A stretch of 64,000 nucleotides of DNA, taken from assembly GCA_963843575.1 (NCBI GenBank), contig CAWJKZ010000010.1, positions 416,001 to 480,000 on the forward strand. Direction: 5' to 3'. The position numbers were made by a program, and so were the translations under genes. Positions 52,403 through 61,791 of this stretch are shown here, in pieces. The stretch's first letter is position 1. Each line of letters opens with the position of its first letter. The notes under the pieces were generated by a model, which worked only from the letters and a program-made list of their open reading frames with translations, was not told the DNA's origin and ran no database searches. Source of the DNA: an uncultured Acidobacteriota bacterium. GTDB taxonomy: Bacteria > Acidobacteriota > UBA6911.

Positions 52403-52629
52403 GCCCGAAAGTAACACTCGCCCCCCCAAACCGGCCGCGCCGGAACAGCTGAGAGAATACCGCAACACGTCGAACGGTCGGACACTCATCTTCGGCATCC
52501 CGCCGGACTCGGAGGTCCGGCAACTCGACCTGGTCCCTGGTGGCACGGTAATCTGTTCCGGAGTGCAAACAAGCAGGCGGCGAATATTTTGATCTCATTC
52601 GGTTGAATGCTGTGCAACGGAGGTGCAAG

Positions 52630-53208
52630 GTGGCGGGGACCCTCGTAGCGCTGATTCGCGGAATAAACGTCGGACGCGCGAAACGGGTGGCGATGGCGGA
52701 ATTGCGCTCAGCGATGGAGGACTTGGGCTATGGGGACGTGCGCACGCTGCTCAACAGCGGTAACGTGGTTTTCGCGGCCGGCCGCACCACGCCCGCAGCG
52801 GCTGCGGCCCGTATCGAGGAGACCCTCGTGGCGCGGTTGGGAGTTCGCGCTCGCGCCATCGTGCTGACCGCAGCAGAACTCGCGGACGCCGTCGACGGCA
52901 ACCCGCTGCTTGGGGTGGCAGCCGACCCGTCCCGCCTGCTTGTCGCCTGCCTCGCCAACCCGGCCGATCGGGCCCGGCTTGAGCCGCTGCTGGAGCGACA
53001 GTGGTCCCCGGAGGCCCTCGCCCTCGGCGGGCGTGTGGCCTACCTCTGGTGCCCCGGAGGGGTGCTCGCGAGCCCTCTTGCCGATGCCGTCGGGCGTGCG
53101 CTCCGCGACGCGGTCACCACACGCAATTGGGCAACCGTGACCAAGCTGCACGCCCTCGCCAAAGCCCGGCTTGTCCCAGGGGACCCGAGAAAGACGCGGT
53201 CACGGTGA
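52630..53208 (+). CDS. DUF1697 domain protein
   Basis: ALIRGINVG, TLLNSGNVVF, TTRNWATV. Confidence 0.9.
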   Translation: MAGTLVALIRGINVGRAKRVAMAELRSAMEDLGYGDVRTLLNSGNVVFAAGRTTPAAAAARIEETLVARLGVRARAIVLTAAELADAVDGNPLLGVAADPSRLLVACLANPADRARLEPLLERQWSPEALALGGRVAYLWCPGGVLASPLADAVGRALRDAVTTRNWATVTKLHALAKARLVPGDPRKTRSR

Positions 53209-53247
53209 CCGAATACATCTTTGGGCCTCGTTGCCGTCGGTATTCGC

Positions 53248-53277
53248 TTGACAGTCGTCAGAGCGGGCAAATACGCT
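53248..53277 (+). promoter_or_regulatory. Putative sigma70 promoter for the GH88 modular gene
   Basis: TTGACA-N18-TACGCT. Confidence 0.45.
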
Positions 53278-53483
53278 GAGCCTACTGAACGCTGCGAAGA
53301 AAGGCCCAACGCAGAGGCGCAGATAACGCATCAGGAAGTTTCCAGTCGACCAGACCTTGCAGGCGCCTCATCCGGAACCTGACATCCTCGTCGTCGTTGC
53401 CGCCCGTTTATTTCTCACGACAGCAGCTGTTCCCGACGGTGGTCGTCCGAACCGCCCACTCTTTTCACCTGGAGGAGCAAACC

Positions 53484-56400
53484 ATGCGGACAACGGAGCA
53501 GGGGGCCCTGGCGGGCTCGCGGGTGACCCTCGTGCTCGCCTGCGCGCTTTCGGGGCTCATCCCGAAGGGGGCTGGCGCGACGGTCGTGCACGAGCAGGCG
53601 GTGGCGGGCGGCTCCAGCGGCTCCGCGAGCGTCGCCACCGCAAGCGCCGTGACGGCGGCGGGCGGCAACCTCTACCTGGCGGCGATCGCCACCAAGGCCG
53701 GGGGCGTTTCGGTCAGGTCCGTCAGCGGCCTGGGACTCGCCTGGAGCCTGGTAAGGGCCCAGTGCGCCGGGCGGAACCAGACCCGGGCGGAGGTGTGGCG
53801 GGGAGCCGGGACACCAGCGGCCAGCGGGGTGGTGAGCGCCACCCTGAGCGGTGCCGCCTCCAACGCCGTCATCGAAGTGTCGCGCTATTCCGGTGCGGAC
53901 GGCGTCGCCCCGATAGGAAACGTCGTCTCGGCAAACACCACCGGCGCGAACGGAGCGTGCGGCGGCGGCGTGGACAGCGCGGCTTACTCGGTGAGCCTGA
54001 CCACGTCGCTGCCAGAGGCCGTGGCCTACGGGGCGGTGGCCATGCGTAACCGAACCCACACGCCGGGCAGCGGCTACACGGAGCGGTTGGAGAAACTTCA
54101 AGGGAGCGGCGGCAACGCGGCCGGAGCCGCCACCATGGACCGCACCGTAACCTCCGCCTCCGCCGTGCCGGTCAACGGGACCTTCAGCGGCAACGTGGAC
54201 TGGGCGGTCGTAGCACTCGAGATCCGGCCGGGCGGCGGGGCGAACCGCGCGCCGGTGGCGCAGGACCAGTCGGTGAACGTTTTCCTGGATACCGCCAGAA
54301 CGATACTTCTGACCGCCACCGACCCTGACGGGGACCCCTTATCCTACGGGGTGATTACTCAGCCGCTGCACGGCCTTCTCACGGGTAGCGCGCCAAACCT
54401 CACCTACACCCCCGGTCCCGGTTACCTCGGCGCCGACAGCTTCACCTTCCACGCCAGCGACGGGCAGGCCGACAGCAACGCGGCTGCCGTTTCCATCACG
54501 GTGACGTCAGGCTCCTCTGTCCTTGACGCAAAGGTCGCGCACGCCCTCGATTTCGCCGCCAGCCGGCTCGACTTTACGTCGCGCTCCATCGACGCGACGG
54601 ATTACCCCTTCTCGGCCTCGGGCACGTCGTGGAATCTCGACAGCGCCAGCAGCTGGGGGAGCGGATTCTTCCCCGGCGCCCTGTGGTGGATGCACGAGCG
54701 CTCCGGGGAATCGCTGTGGCGGACGCGGGCCGAAGCGTGGACCGCCGGGCTCGAGTCCCAGAAGACCAGGACCGACACCCACGACGTCGGGTTCATCATC
54801 TACAACAGTTTTGGCCGGGGCTACGGACTCACGGGCTACGGGACGTACGCGCAGGTGGCGCGGACGGCCGCCGGAGCGCTCGCGACGCGCTACAGCCCTG
54901 TCGTCGGGTGCACCCGGTCGTGGGACGGGAGCAACTTCACGGTCATCATCGACAACATGATGAACCTCGAGCTGCTCTTCTGGGCCGCCCGGAACGGGGG
55001 GGACCCCGCCTACTACGACATGGCCAGGAGCCACGCGGAAAAGACGATGCTCAACCACGTGCGCCCCGACGGGTCCACCTATCACGTCGTCGAATACAGC
55101 GAAAGCACCGGCGCCGTGGTGAGAAAGAGAACCGCGCAGGGATACTCGAATGGTTCGACCTGGTCCCGTGGCCAGGCTTGGGCCGTCTATGGATTCGCCA
55201 TGGCCTACCGTGAGACGGGCGACCAGCGCTTCCTCGAAACGGCAGGGAGGGCCGCCGACTATTTCCTCTCCCACCTGCCAACGGACCACGTGCCGCTCTG
55301 GGATTTCGACGTCCCGCCAACCGACCCACGACAGTACAAGGACTCCTCGGCTGCAGCGATCGCCGCGTCGGGGCTCCTGGAGCTGTGCCGGTACGCGGCG
55401 CTGCCGGAAGACCGCGAGCGTTACCGGCAGGGGGCCGCGGACATCCTGGACGCCCTGACGTCCCCCGCGTACCTCTCCGAGGGCACCTCGAGCCCGGCGG
55501 TCCTGCTCCACGGGGCGCGAAACGTCCCGAGCAACGGGGACGTCGACAATGGGCTCATCTGGGGCGACTACTACTTCATCGAAGCCCTGCGGCGGTACCA
55601 GGCCCTCGAGGCGCCGCAGCCGGGCGTGAGCTTCTCCGCGGCAAGCTCCAGCCTGACCGAGTCCGGCGGCACCGCTCAGCTCGCGGCGGGCCTCTCGGCC
55701 AAGAGCGCTCTCCCGGTCGCCGTCGATTACGTCGCCACAGGAGGCACGGCGACCTCCGGAACCGATTACGCCCCCGCGGCCGGCGCGCTCATCTTCGACC
55801 CGGGCCAGACGGCGAAGTCGATCGGGATCCGGGTCTTCGACGACACCCTCGTCGAAGGGAACGAGACGGTCGAGGTGACGCTCGGGTACGCCGTGGGCGC
55901 CGTCCCGGGGCCCGTTACCTCGCACGTTCTGACTATCCTCGACAACGACACGGGCACCTCTTTGCCTCTGCCGCCCGCGAACCTGACGGCAACCGCCGGG
56001 AATTCCCAGGTGGCGCTCGCCTGGAACGCCTCTTCCGGGGCGGCCAGTTACAGCGTGAAACGGAGCACGACCGCCGGCAGCGGGTACTCGGAGATCGCAT
56101 CAGGGGTTGCGGCTATGAGCTACACGGACACGGGCGTGACCAACGGGGCAACCTATTACTACGTGGTGACCGCGGTCAACGACGCGGGCGAGAGCGGAGC
56201 GTCGAATGAGGCCGTTGCCACACCAGCACAGGGGGGAACGGGAGTCGTCGCCTTCGAGGAAGTCCAGGGCGGCGGGTCGAGTTCGTCGGCCACGGTGGCG
56301 ACGGCGGCGGCCCTGACAGGGGCGGCCAACCACCTGTATCTGGCTGCAATCGCCACCAGGACCGGGAGTGTCTCGGTGCGGTCCGTCGGCGGCCTCGGCC

Positions 56401-56897
56401 TCGCGTGGACCCTGGTGAGGGCCCAGTGCGCGGGCCGGAACCAGACCCGCCTGGAGGTGTGGATGGCGCTGGGCGCGCCGACGGGAAGCGGCGTGGTGAC
56501 CGCCACCTTGAGCGCCTCGGCGTCGAATGCCGTCATCGAGGTGTCGCGCTACTCGGGCGTGAACGCGGCGGCGCCCCTCGGGAATGTGGTTTCGGCGAAC
56601 ACGATGGGCGGCGGCAGCGCGTGCGGCGGCGGCGTGGACAGCGCCTCGTATGCCGTGGGCCTGACCACCGGGGCGCCGAACGCCGTCGTCTATGGGGCGG
56701 TGGCGATGCGGAACCGGAGCCACACCCCGGGGGCCGGATACACCGAGCGCGCGGAGAAAATGCAGGGGAGCGGGGGCGAGGTGGCCGGTACAGCCGTCAT
56801 GGACCGCCCCGTGCCTTCCCCCTCGGCCGCGCCCGTCAACGGAATCTTCAGCAGCGCCGTGGACTGGGCGGTCGTGGGCATCGAGCTGAGGCCGTAA
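53484..56897 (+). CDS. Secreted modular protein: unknown domain X, cadherin/Big-like, GH88 hydrolase, Calx-beta, FN3, domain X
   Basis: GGAGGAG RBS and signal peptide; HDVGF, VIIDNMMNLELL, WSRGQAW, GDYYFIEAL; DDTLVEGNETV; NGATYYYVVTAVN; duplicated ~215-aa terminal domains. Confidence 0.88.
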   Translation: MRTTEQGALAGSRVTLVLACALSGLIPKGAGATVVHEQAVAGGSSGSASVATASAVTAAGGNLYLAAIATKAGGVSVRSVSGLGLAWSLVRAQCAGRNQTRAEVWRGAGTPAASGVVSATLSGAASNAVIEVSRYSGADGVAPIGNVVSANTTGANGACGGGVDSAAYSVSLTTSLPEAVAYGAVAMRNRTHTPGSGYTERLEKLQGSGGNAAGAATMDRTVTSASAVPVNGTFSGNVDWAVVALEIRPGGGANRAPVAQDQSVNVFLDTARTILLTATDPDGDPLSYGVITQPLHGLLTGSAPNLTYTPGPGYLGADSFTFHASDGQADSNAAAVSITVTSGSSVLDAKVAHALDFAASRLDFTSRSIDATDYPFSASGTSWNLDSASSWGSGFFPGALWWMHERSGESLWRTRAEAWTAGLESQKTRTDTHDVGFIIYNSFGRGYGLTGYGTYAQVARTAAGALATRYSPVVGCTRSWDGSNFTVIIDNMMNLELLFWAARNGGDPAYYDMARSHAEKTMLNHVRPDGSTYHVVEYSESTGAVVRKRTAQGYSNGSTWSRGQAWAVYGFAMAYRETGDQRFLETAGRAADYFLSHLPTDHVPLWDFDVPPTDPRQYKDSSAAAIAASGLLELCRYAALPEDRERYRQGAADILDALTSPAYLSEGTSSPAVLLHGARNVPSNGDVDNGLIWGDYYFIEALRRYQALEAPQPGVSFSAASSSLTESGGTAQLAAGLSAKSALPVAVDYVATGGTATSGTDYAPAAGALIFDPGQTAKSIGIRVFDDTLVEGNETVEVTLGYAVGAVPGPVTSHVLTILDNDTGTSLPLPPANLTATAGNSQVALAWNASSGAASYSVKRSTTAGSGYSEIASGVAAMSYTDTGVTNGATYYYVVTAVNDAGESGASNEAVATPAQGGTGVVAFEEVQGGGSSSSATVATAAALTGAANHLYLAAIATRTGSVSVRSVGGLGLAWTLVRAQCAGRNQTRLEVWMALGAPTGSGVVTATLSASASNAVIEVSRYSGVNAAAPLGNVVSANTMGGGSACGGGVDSASYAVGLTTGAPNAVVYGAVAMRNRSHTPGAGYTERAEKMQGSGGEVAGTAVMDRPVPSPSAAPVNGIFSSAVDWAVVGIELRP

Positions 56898-57041
56898 CAA
56901 GAAATACGGTAACTTGACTAACGTTACCAGGACGCGGATTATCGCGGGTCGACGCGGATATCGACCGAACCAGCTCTATCTCAAGTATGCGTTTTGTTTG
57001 CCCTTCACCGGACGGGGATGGTGTATGTTGGCACGCACGCT

Positions 57042-57701
57042 ATGAGCGCAGAGCTTAAAGAGATCCTGCAGTTTTCGCTGGTGGCCCTGAGTTCCATCTT
57101 CTTCATCGTGGATCCGCTCGCAGCCATCCCCTCGTTCCTGGCGATGACGGCCGAGGACAGCGAGACCAAGCGAAGGCGCATGGCGCGCCAGGCCGCCTGG
57201 ACGTGTTTCCTGGTCCTGAGCCTTTTCTCGCTGGCCGGAAGCCTGATTTTCAGGCTCTTTAGCATCACGCTCCCGGCGTTTAAAATCGCCGGCGGGGTGG
57301 TGCTCTTCCTGATCGCCGTCGACATGCTGCAGGCCCGCCGATCCGGAACGCAGGAGGTCAGCGAAGAACGCCTCGAAGGAACGGAGAAGGAAGAGGTGGG
57401 AGTCACCCCGATGGGGATCCCGATGCTGGCCGGGCCCGGCGCGATCTCGACGGCCATGGTGCTGATGGGGCAGTCCCGCAGCTGGTGGCACACCATTCCC
57501 GTCTTCGTCGCGATCGCGGTCACGGCGCTGGTTTCCTACTTTGTGCTGGCGGGCGCCAGCCGGGTGCGGAAGTATCTCGGCGAGACCGGGATTCGCATCC
57601 TGATGCGGATGATGGGCCTGGTCCTGACCGCGATCGCCGTCCAGTTCGTGCTGAACGGCCTCATGGACATCGGGGCCATTCCCCACCGAACCGGCCACTA
57701 G
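57042..57701 (+). CDS. MarC-family integral membrane protein
   Basis: FFIVDPL, FKIAGG, PMLAGPGAI, RMMGLVLTAIAVQF. Confidence 0.93.
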   Translation: MSAELKEILQFSLVALSSIFFIVDPLAAIPSFLAMTAEDSETKRRRMARQAAWTCFLVLSLFSLAGSLIFRLFSITLPAFKIAGGVVLFLIAVDMLQARRSGTQEVSEERLEGTEKEEVGVTPMGIPMLAGPGAISTAMVLMGQSRSWWHTIPVFVAIAVTALVSYFVLAGASRVRKYLGETGIRILMRMMGLVLTAIAVQFVLNGLMDIGAIPHRTGH

Positions 57702-57791
57702 CGCCCGGTCACTCCCGGCGGCGAGCCCGAACAGCTCCATCACGTTGGAGACCCAGAAAACGAGTGTCAAGATGGTCTCCGGACAAGACAA

Positions 57792-57953
57792 GTGGGTCCG
57801 GGCTTCAGCCCGGACGCCGTTGCGGCCGCTCTAAGTGAGCCCGTCGCCACATAGATCAGATCAGAAGACGTCCGGGCTGAAGCCCGGACCCACTTGTCTT
57901 ACGGGCAGGGCGGGTGGTTCAACCGTTGGACAGCCTCTGAAGCCCGGACCCAC
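57792..57953. repeat. REP family B cluster
   Basis: Shares linkers CGCCACATAGATCAGATCA and TACGGGCAGGGCGGG..GGACAGCCTCT with the 34472 cluster. Confidence 0.88.
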
Positions 57954-57965
57954 TTGGGGCTCGTC

Positions 57966-59849
57966 CTAATTGGATCGGGCGTGTTGAGAGAAGGGCATTT
58001 CCTGGCCGGCGTGGATGAGATAGAGGCGCCGGTGTGTGGTCTTGAGCGCTTCGATCAGCTCCGGGTAGGGTCGGTCGGTCACGTCCAGCAGCCCGATGTT
58101 GTAGTTCTCCCCGTCGAAACGACCGGTGCACGGCTGATCCGTCCACTGGAACCAGTGGGTCCCAATCAGCTCGGGCATCGCGAAGGCATTCTCGACATAG
58201 TAGCGGTACGCCACGCCTCGCTCAGCCTGGTCGCGCACCTGCACCAGGCTGGCCGACAGGCCGCCCCCCGGGGTACCGAAGTGGAACTCGCCTATCAGGA
58301 CAGGCTTGCCCGTGAGCTCGGCGATTCTCCTGACCCGGTCCGGCTGGACCTCGAAATCGTAGATGTTGACGCTGTAGACATCGAAGGCACGGGCGACCCG
58401 GATCTCGGCGTCGGTGGGCCGGCCGCCCGAACGCATCCCGAGGTTCAGGTGGTTGGGGTCGTATTTTTTCACGGCGCGGCTCGTGACCTGGACATACCGG
58501 TCGAAGGCGTCGTCGATGAACTGTTGGCGCCGCTCCGGGGTGTCCCCCGCGGCGAGCCACTCCTTCAGCCGACGCTGGGTCGCGGTCCCGGGGCCGTCCA
58601 GGATGAGCTGCACGGTCTGCAGTTCCTTTTGCGGGAAGGGGGGTTCGTTGGCGAGGAAATACCCGAGCAACCACGGGTCGTCCTTGCGCGGCAGGCACTG
58701 TCGCCGAGCCGACGCGTCGGCGTTTTCGGTGAATTCGGCGGAGTAGACATCGGGGAGCCCCAGGTAGCTCACCTTGGTCTCCCACCTCCCCAGTGGAATG
58801 ACGTAGGGCTTCTTGCGCGCGTCCCACAGGGCCGCGTGCGACCAGTTGGCGACGGTGTTCAGCCCCCACGAATCCATCCTGCGCAGGCTGTGGTCGACCC
58901 ACCGCTTCAGCCAGTCGGCGCCGAACCTGCGGTTGAGGTTCCAGGTGTAGAAAGAAGCGCCGACGTCGTCGTCGCGCCGCGCCGTCCGCAGTTGAGCCGG
59001 CGGGAGCGCCCGGAAGATACTCTCGCGGCCAGCGGTGCGCGTGTCCATAAAGGGGGTCACCACGTCGGAGCCGGCAGAGAGGAAGAGATGTCCGTCGGGG
59101 TCGACGAACCACCAGCGGTTGTCGATCCGTTCCGCACGGAAGAAACCGGTACCGGGGGTTTTCGCCTCAGCCGCCGCATACCCACCGTAACTGCAATAGC
59201 CGAAATCGCCGGGCGAGAGAGAGTCCTGCTCCGCCGCCCACGATTTCTCCAAGTCCGCTAGCGAAGACAACTTCCGGGGCGAAGGGTGCCGGATCGATTG
59301 GCCTAGTTCATCCACCAGGGGCTCTGCTTCGAGGATCGCATCGGCCACAGGCTCCGCACTGACCCGGATCGAACGGATTTCCAGCTTTGGGGAGCCGATG
59401 GGGCGCTGCATCGCGAATCCGATCGCCTGGACGCCGCGCAGCGGGCGGAAAGGGCCCCACAGCCCGAGGAAATATCCTGCGCGGGAGCGATTGCCCACGG
59501 CGGCCATGTCTCCACCCGTGCGAGGGGGTTCGGCCAGCGTCCGGACGGGGATGGCGGCGCGTATCCACACGAGAGGATACGGGTGCAGCAGGACCCGGCT
59601 GTACCCTTCCCCGGTGTGGACCCGCAGATCGAATCTCTGGGTCGAGGTCGCGCGCATTTCGAGGACGAGACACCCGTCCGGCGGCCAATCCGCGGGCGGC
59701 GTGGGAGAGATCTCGCCCAGCGGGATCCGCCACTCCGAAACTTCGAGCGAGCTGTCGAAAATGAACTCATGTGCAGCCGGACGAGGCTGCGCGCCACCGG
59801 GGACCGGCATGACGGAAAGCAGCAACGCGAGCTGAATCATCAGTCTCAT
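57966..59849 (-). CDS. GH50-like (beta-agarase-like) glycoside hydrolase
   Basis: TGFFRAE, WWFVDPDG, WGLNTVANWS, LLGYFLANE, IGEFHFG, GTHWFQW, DGENYNIG. Confidence 0.82.
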   Translation of the reverse strand: MRLMIQLALLLSVMPVPGGAQPRPAAHEFIFDSSLEVSEWRIPLGEISPTPPADWPPDGCLVLEMRATSTQRFDLRVHTGEGYSRVLLHPYPLVWIRAAIPVRTLAEPPRTGGDMAAVGNRSRAGYFLGLWGPFRPLRGVQAIGFAMQRPIGSPKLEIRSIRVSAEPVADAILEAEPLVDELGQSIRHPSPRKLSSLADLEKSWAAEQDSLSPGDFGYCSYGGYAAAEAKTPGTGFFRAERIDNRWWFVDPDGHLFLSAGSDVVTPFMDTRTAGRESIFRALPPAQLRTARRDDDVGASFYTWNLNRRFGADWLKRWVDHSLRRMDSWGLNTVANWSHAALWDARKKPYVIPLGRWETKVSYLGLPDVYSAEFTENADASARRQCLPRKDDPWLLGYFLANEPPFPQKELQTVQLILDGPGTATQRRLKEWLAAGDTPERRQQFIDDAFDRYVQVTSRAVKKYDPNHLNLGMRSGGRPTDAEIRVARAFDVYSVNIYDFEVQPDRVRRIAELTGKPVLIGEFHFGTPGGGLSASLVQVRDQAERGVAYRYYVENAFAMPELIGTHWFQWTDQPCTGRFDGENYNIGLLDVTDRPYPELIEALKTTHRRLYLIHAGQEMPFSQHARSN

Positions 59850-59984
59850 GGTCCACCTTCCCGGGTGAGGCCGGGGTCGGGCTGACTCCGCCCGCAGTGA
59901 GCACACTTGCAGTGTCTTGGTCCTAAAAAGGGATTAGCCGAACCCCGGGGCCGCGCCGTCTGCCGCGGCCCCGTCGCTTCGGTT

Positions 59985-60683
59985 TCACTTGTTTTCCGAT
60001 TTATTCTTGGGCGATTTCTGGTTCAGGATCCTGAGGAGTGGCCCAGCCGACGCCGGAGCCTTGACCGCCGACTCGGCGATGATCTGGGTGGCATTCAGCT
60101 CCTTGCCGTAAAGGTTCTTGTTGGCACCGCCGTCGGACCTGAGCGTCGATCCCTCGAGCGAGACTCCGGCGAACAGGCCGCGAGAGCGGGAGTAGCTGAG
60201 GATCTCGGCCTTCATCACCACGTCGGTCGCCACCTGCGCGCTACGGCCTTTCGGGCCGCCGGCGGCGGAGGCGTCCGCGCCCAGCTTGACCTTGCTGTTG
60301 AGGACCGATCTCGCCCCCTTGTCGTTCATGACGAGCAGGACGAAGTCCGTCGCCTGACCGCCGAGCTGCAGGCCGATGTTGCCCCCCTCGAGCGCATACA
60401 TGGCGGGTGCGCCCCACGGCCCGGTGTAGTTCTTGCCGGAACGGCATATCATGGCGCCCCTGCCGTAGCTGGCCCCAAGGCCGATCGCGAACTTCTTCAC
60501 CGAGGGGAATATGAGCACGCACTCGGCCTTGTCGAGCAGTTCCTGCGGGATGCTGTCCGGCACGTCGAGGATCTCCTTCATGACGTTGCCGCACTCTTTG
60601 AGCCTGTCCTGCTCTTTTCCCTGTGAAAAGGCCTGCGCGGCGACGAATAGCGAAACAAGACACACAGCCCATAGTTTGCGCAT
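59985..60683 (-). CDS. SYLF/Ysc84 lipid-binding domain protein
   Basis: Signal peptide, GLQLGGQATDFVL, SYSRSRGLFAGVSLEG. GGAGG RBS. Confidence 0.93.
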   Translation of the reverse strand: MRKLWAVCLVSLFVAAQAFSQGKEQDRLKECGNVMKEILDVPDSIPQELLDKAECVLIFPSVKKFAIGLGASYGRGAMICRSGKNYTGPWGAPAMYALEGGNIGLQLGGQATDFVLLVMNDKGARSVLNSKVKLGADASAAGGPKGRSAQVATDVVMKAEILSYSRSRGLFAGVSLEGSTLRSDGGANKNLYGKELNATQIIAESAVKAPASAGPLLRILNQKSPKNKSENK

Positions 60684-60756
60684 CGAAAGCCTCCTCCGTT
60701 TCAAGCCTTGCCCGCCCCGGATCCGGTGAATAAACCAGCGGATGGGCTGAATCCCA

Positions 60757-60783
60757 GGGCCGCGTCGAACCGCCGCGGCCCAC
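60757..60783. repeat. REP family C hairpin
   Basis: GGGCCGCGTCGAACCGCCGCGGCCCAC. Confidence 0.55.
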
Positions 60784-60984
60784 CGGCGACGACGACAGTA
60801 CCACGGGGCGGCCGGGGGCCGCAACCCGACGTCACCTCCCGAACCCGGATTCGAAAGGCAAGGCCTTTCGTTTTCTGCTTTGAGCGCGGTGTGCGTAGGA
60901 CTACAATCGGGCCGGTTGAACCCAGGTTCCACTATCCCCGTGTGACCGTCGCGCAGGCGCGCTTCCCGGCGACCTGCGGAGATC

Positions 60985-61656
60985 ATGGATCCCAAGAGGC
61001 GCACCATGGGAAAGGCCAGGTTCAATGCTCTCATACTGAACGCGGACGGGCGCAACGATGCCCGCGTCCGAACGACCCAGGTACTCCGAGCAGCGGGATT
61101 TGAAGTGTGCGGGGTCGAAACCGGACACGCGGCCCTCCTCGAAGCCTTCCGTCGCTGCCCCGACGTCCTCCTGCTGGTCATGGGGCTTTGCGACATGAGC
61201 GGCTTCGACCTCTGCCGCCACGTGAAGCAGGATCCCCGAACCTGCACGACGATGGTGCTCGAGGTCTCGGGCCCCTCGGCCGGCGAGCGCGTGCGCGGCC
61301 TCGAGACGGGCGCAGACTGGTTCCTTACCGAGCCGCTGGACGACGAGGAACTGATCGCCGTCCTCAACACGCTCGTCAGGCTGCGCTGGACCCAGGAGCA
61401 ACTCCGGCAACGGGTCGATGAACTGGAGTGCCTGAGTCACGTGGCCGGAGCTCTCCAGGGACGAGACGATACGGTTGCCCGGCTCTCGCTCGAATTCACC
61501 GCCCCGCTCGACTGCATTTCCACGTGGGCCCGCATCCTCAAGTCCGCCGACGTGGAGAAACCGCTCCGGCAGCACGGGTTGGAGGCAATCGAGCACAACG
61601 CATCGCTCCTCCGCACCATCACGCGTGAACTGCTGGACAAAGTGACCCGCGGCTGA
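60985..61656 (+). CDS. Degenerate receiver domain fused to a degenerate HisKA helix pair
   Basis: SGFDLCRHVKQDP, GADWFLTEP; LSLEFTAPL in place of LSHELRTPL; no ATPase domain. Confidence 0.72.
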   Translation: MDPKRRTMGKARFNALILNADGRNDARVRTTQVLRAAGFEVCGVETGHAALLEAFRRCPDVLLLVMGLCDMSGFDLCRHVKQDPRTCTTMVLEVSGPSAGERVRGLETGADWFLTEPLDDEELIAVLNTLVRLRWTQEQLRQRVDELECLSHVAGALQGRDDTVARLSLEFTAPLDCISTWARILKSADVEKPLRQHGLEAIEHNASLLRTITRELLDKVTRG

Positions 61657-61661
61657 ACCGG

Positions 61662-61783
61662 GTGGGCCGCGGCGGCCCGCCGCAGCCTCCTGTGCCTCGT
61701 CGGGGCGGCGGTGGACGGCCCGCCGCGGTCCGGTTTAATCCCTCCTGTACCTCATCGGGGCGGGGCGGGCCGTCCCCGCCCAC
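61662..61783. repeat. REP family C cluster between convergent genes
   Basis: GTGGGCCGCGGCGGCCCGCCGCAGCC ... GGGGCGGGGCGGGCCGTCCCCGCCCAC. Confidence 0.55.
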
Positions 61784-61791
61784 TTCAAAAC

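Noticed and set aside
53255-53345. c-di-GMP-I riboswitch suggested by GGGCAAA
   Set aside because: The GAAA tetraloop stem and second hairpin are missing, and the segment fits a promoter spacer.
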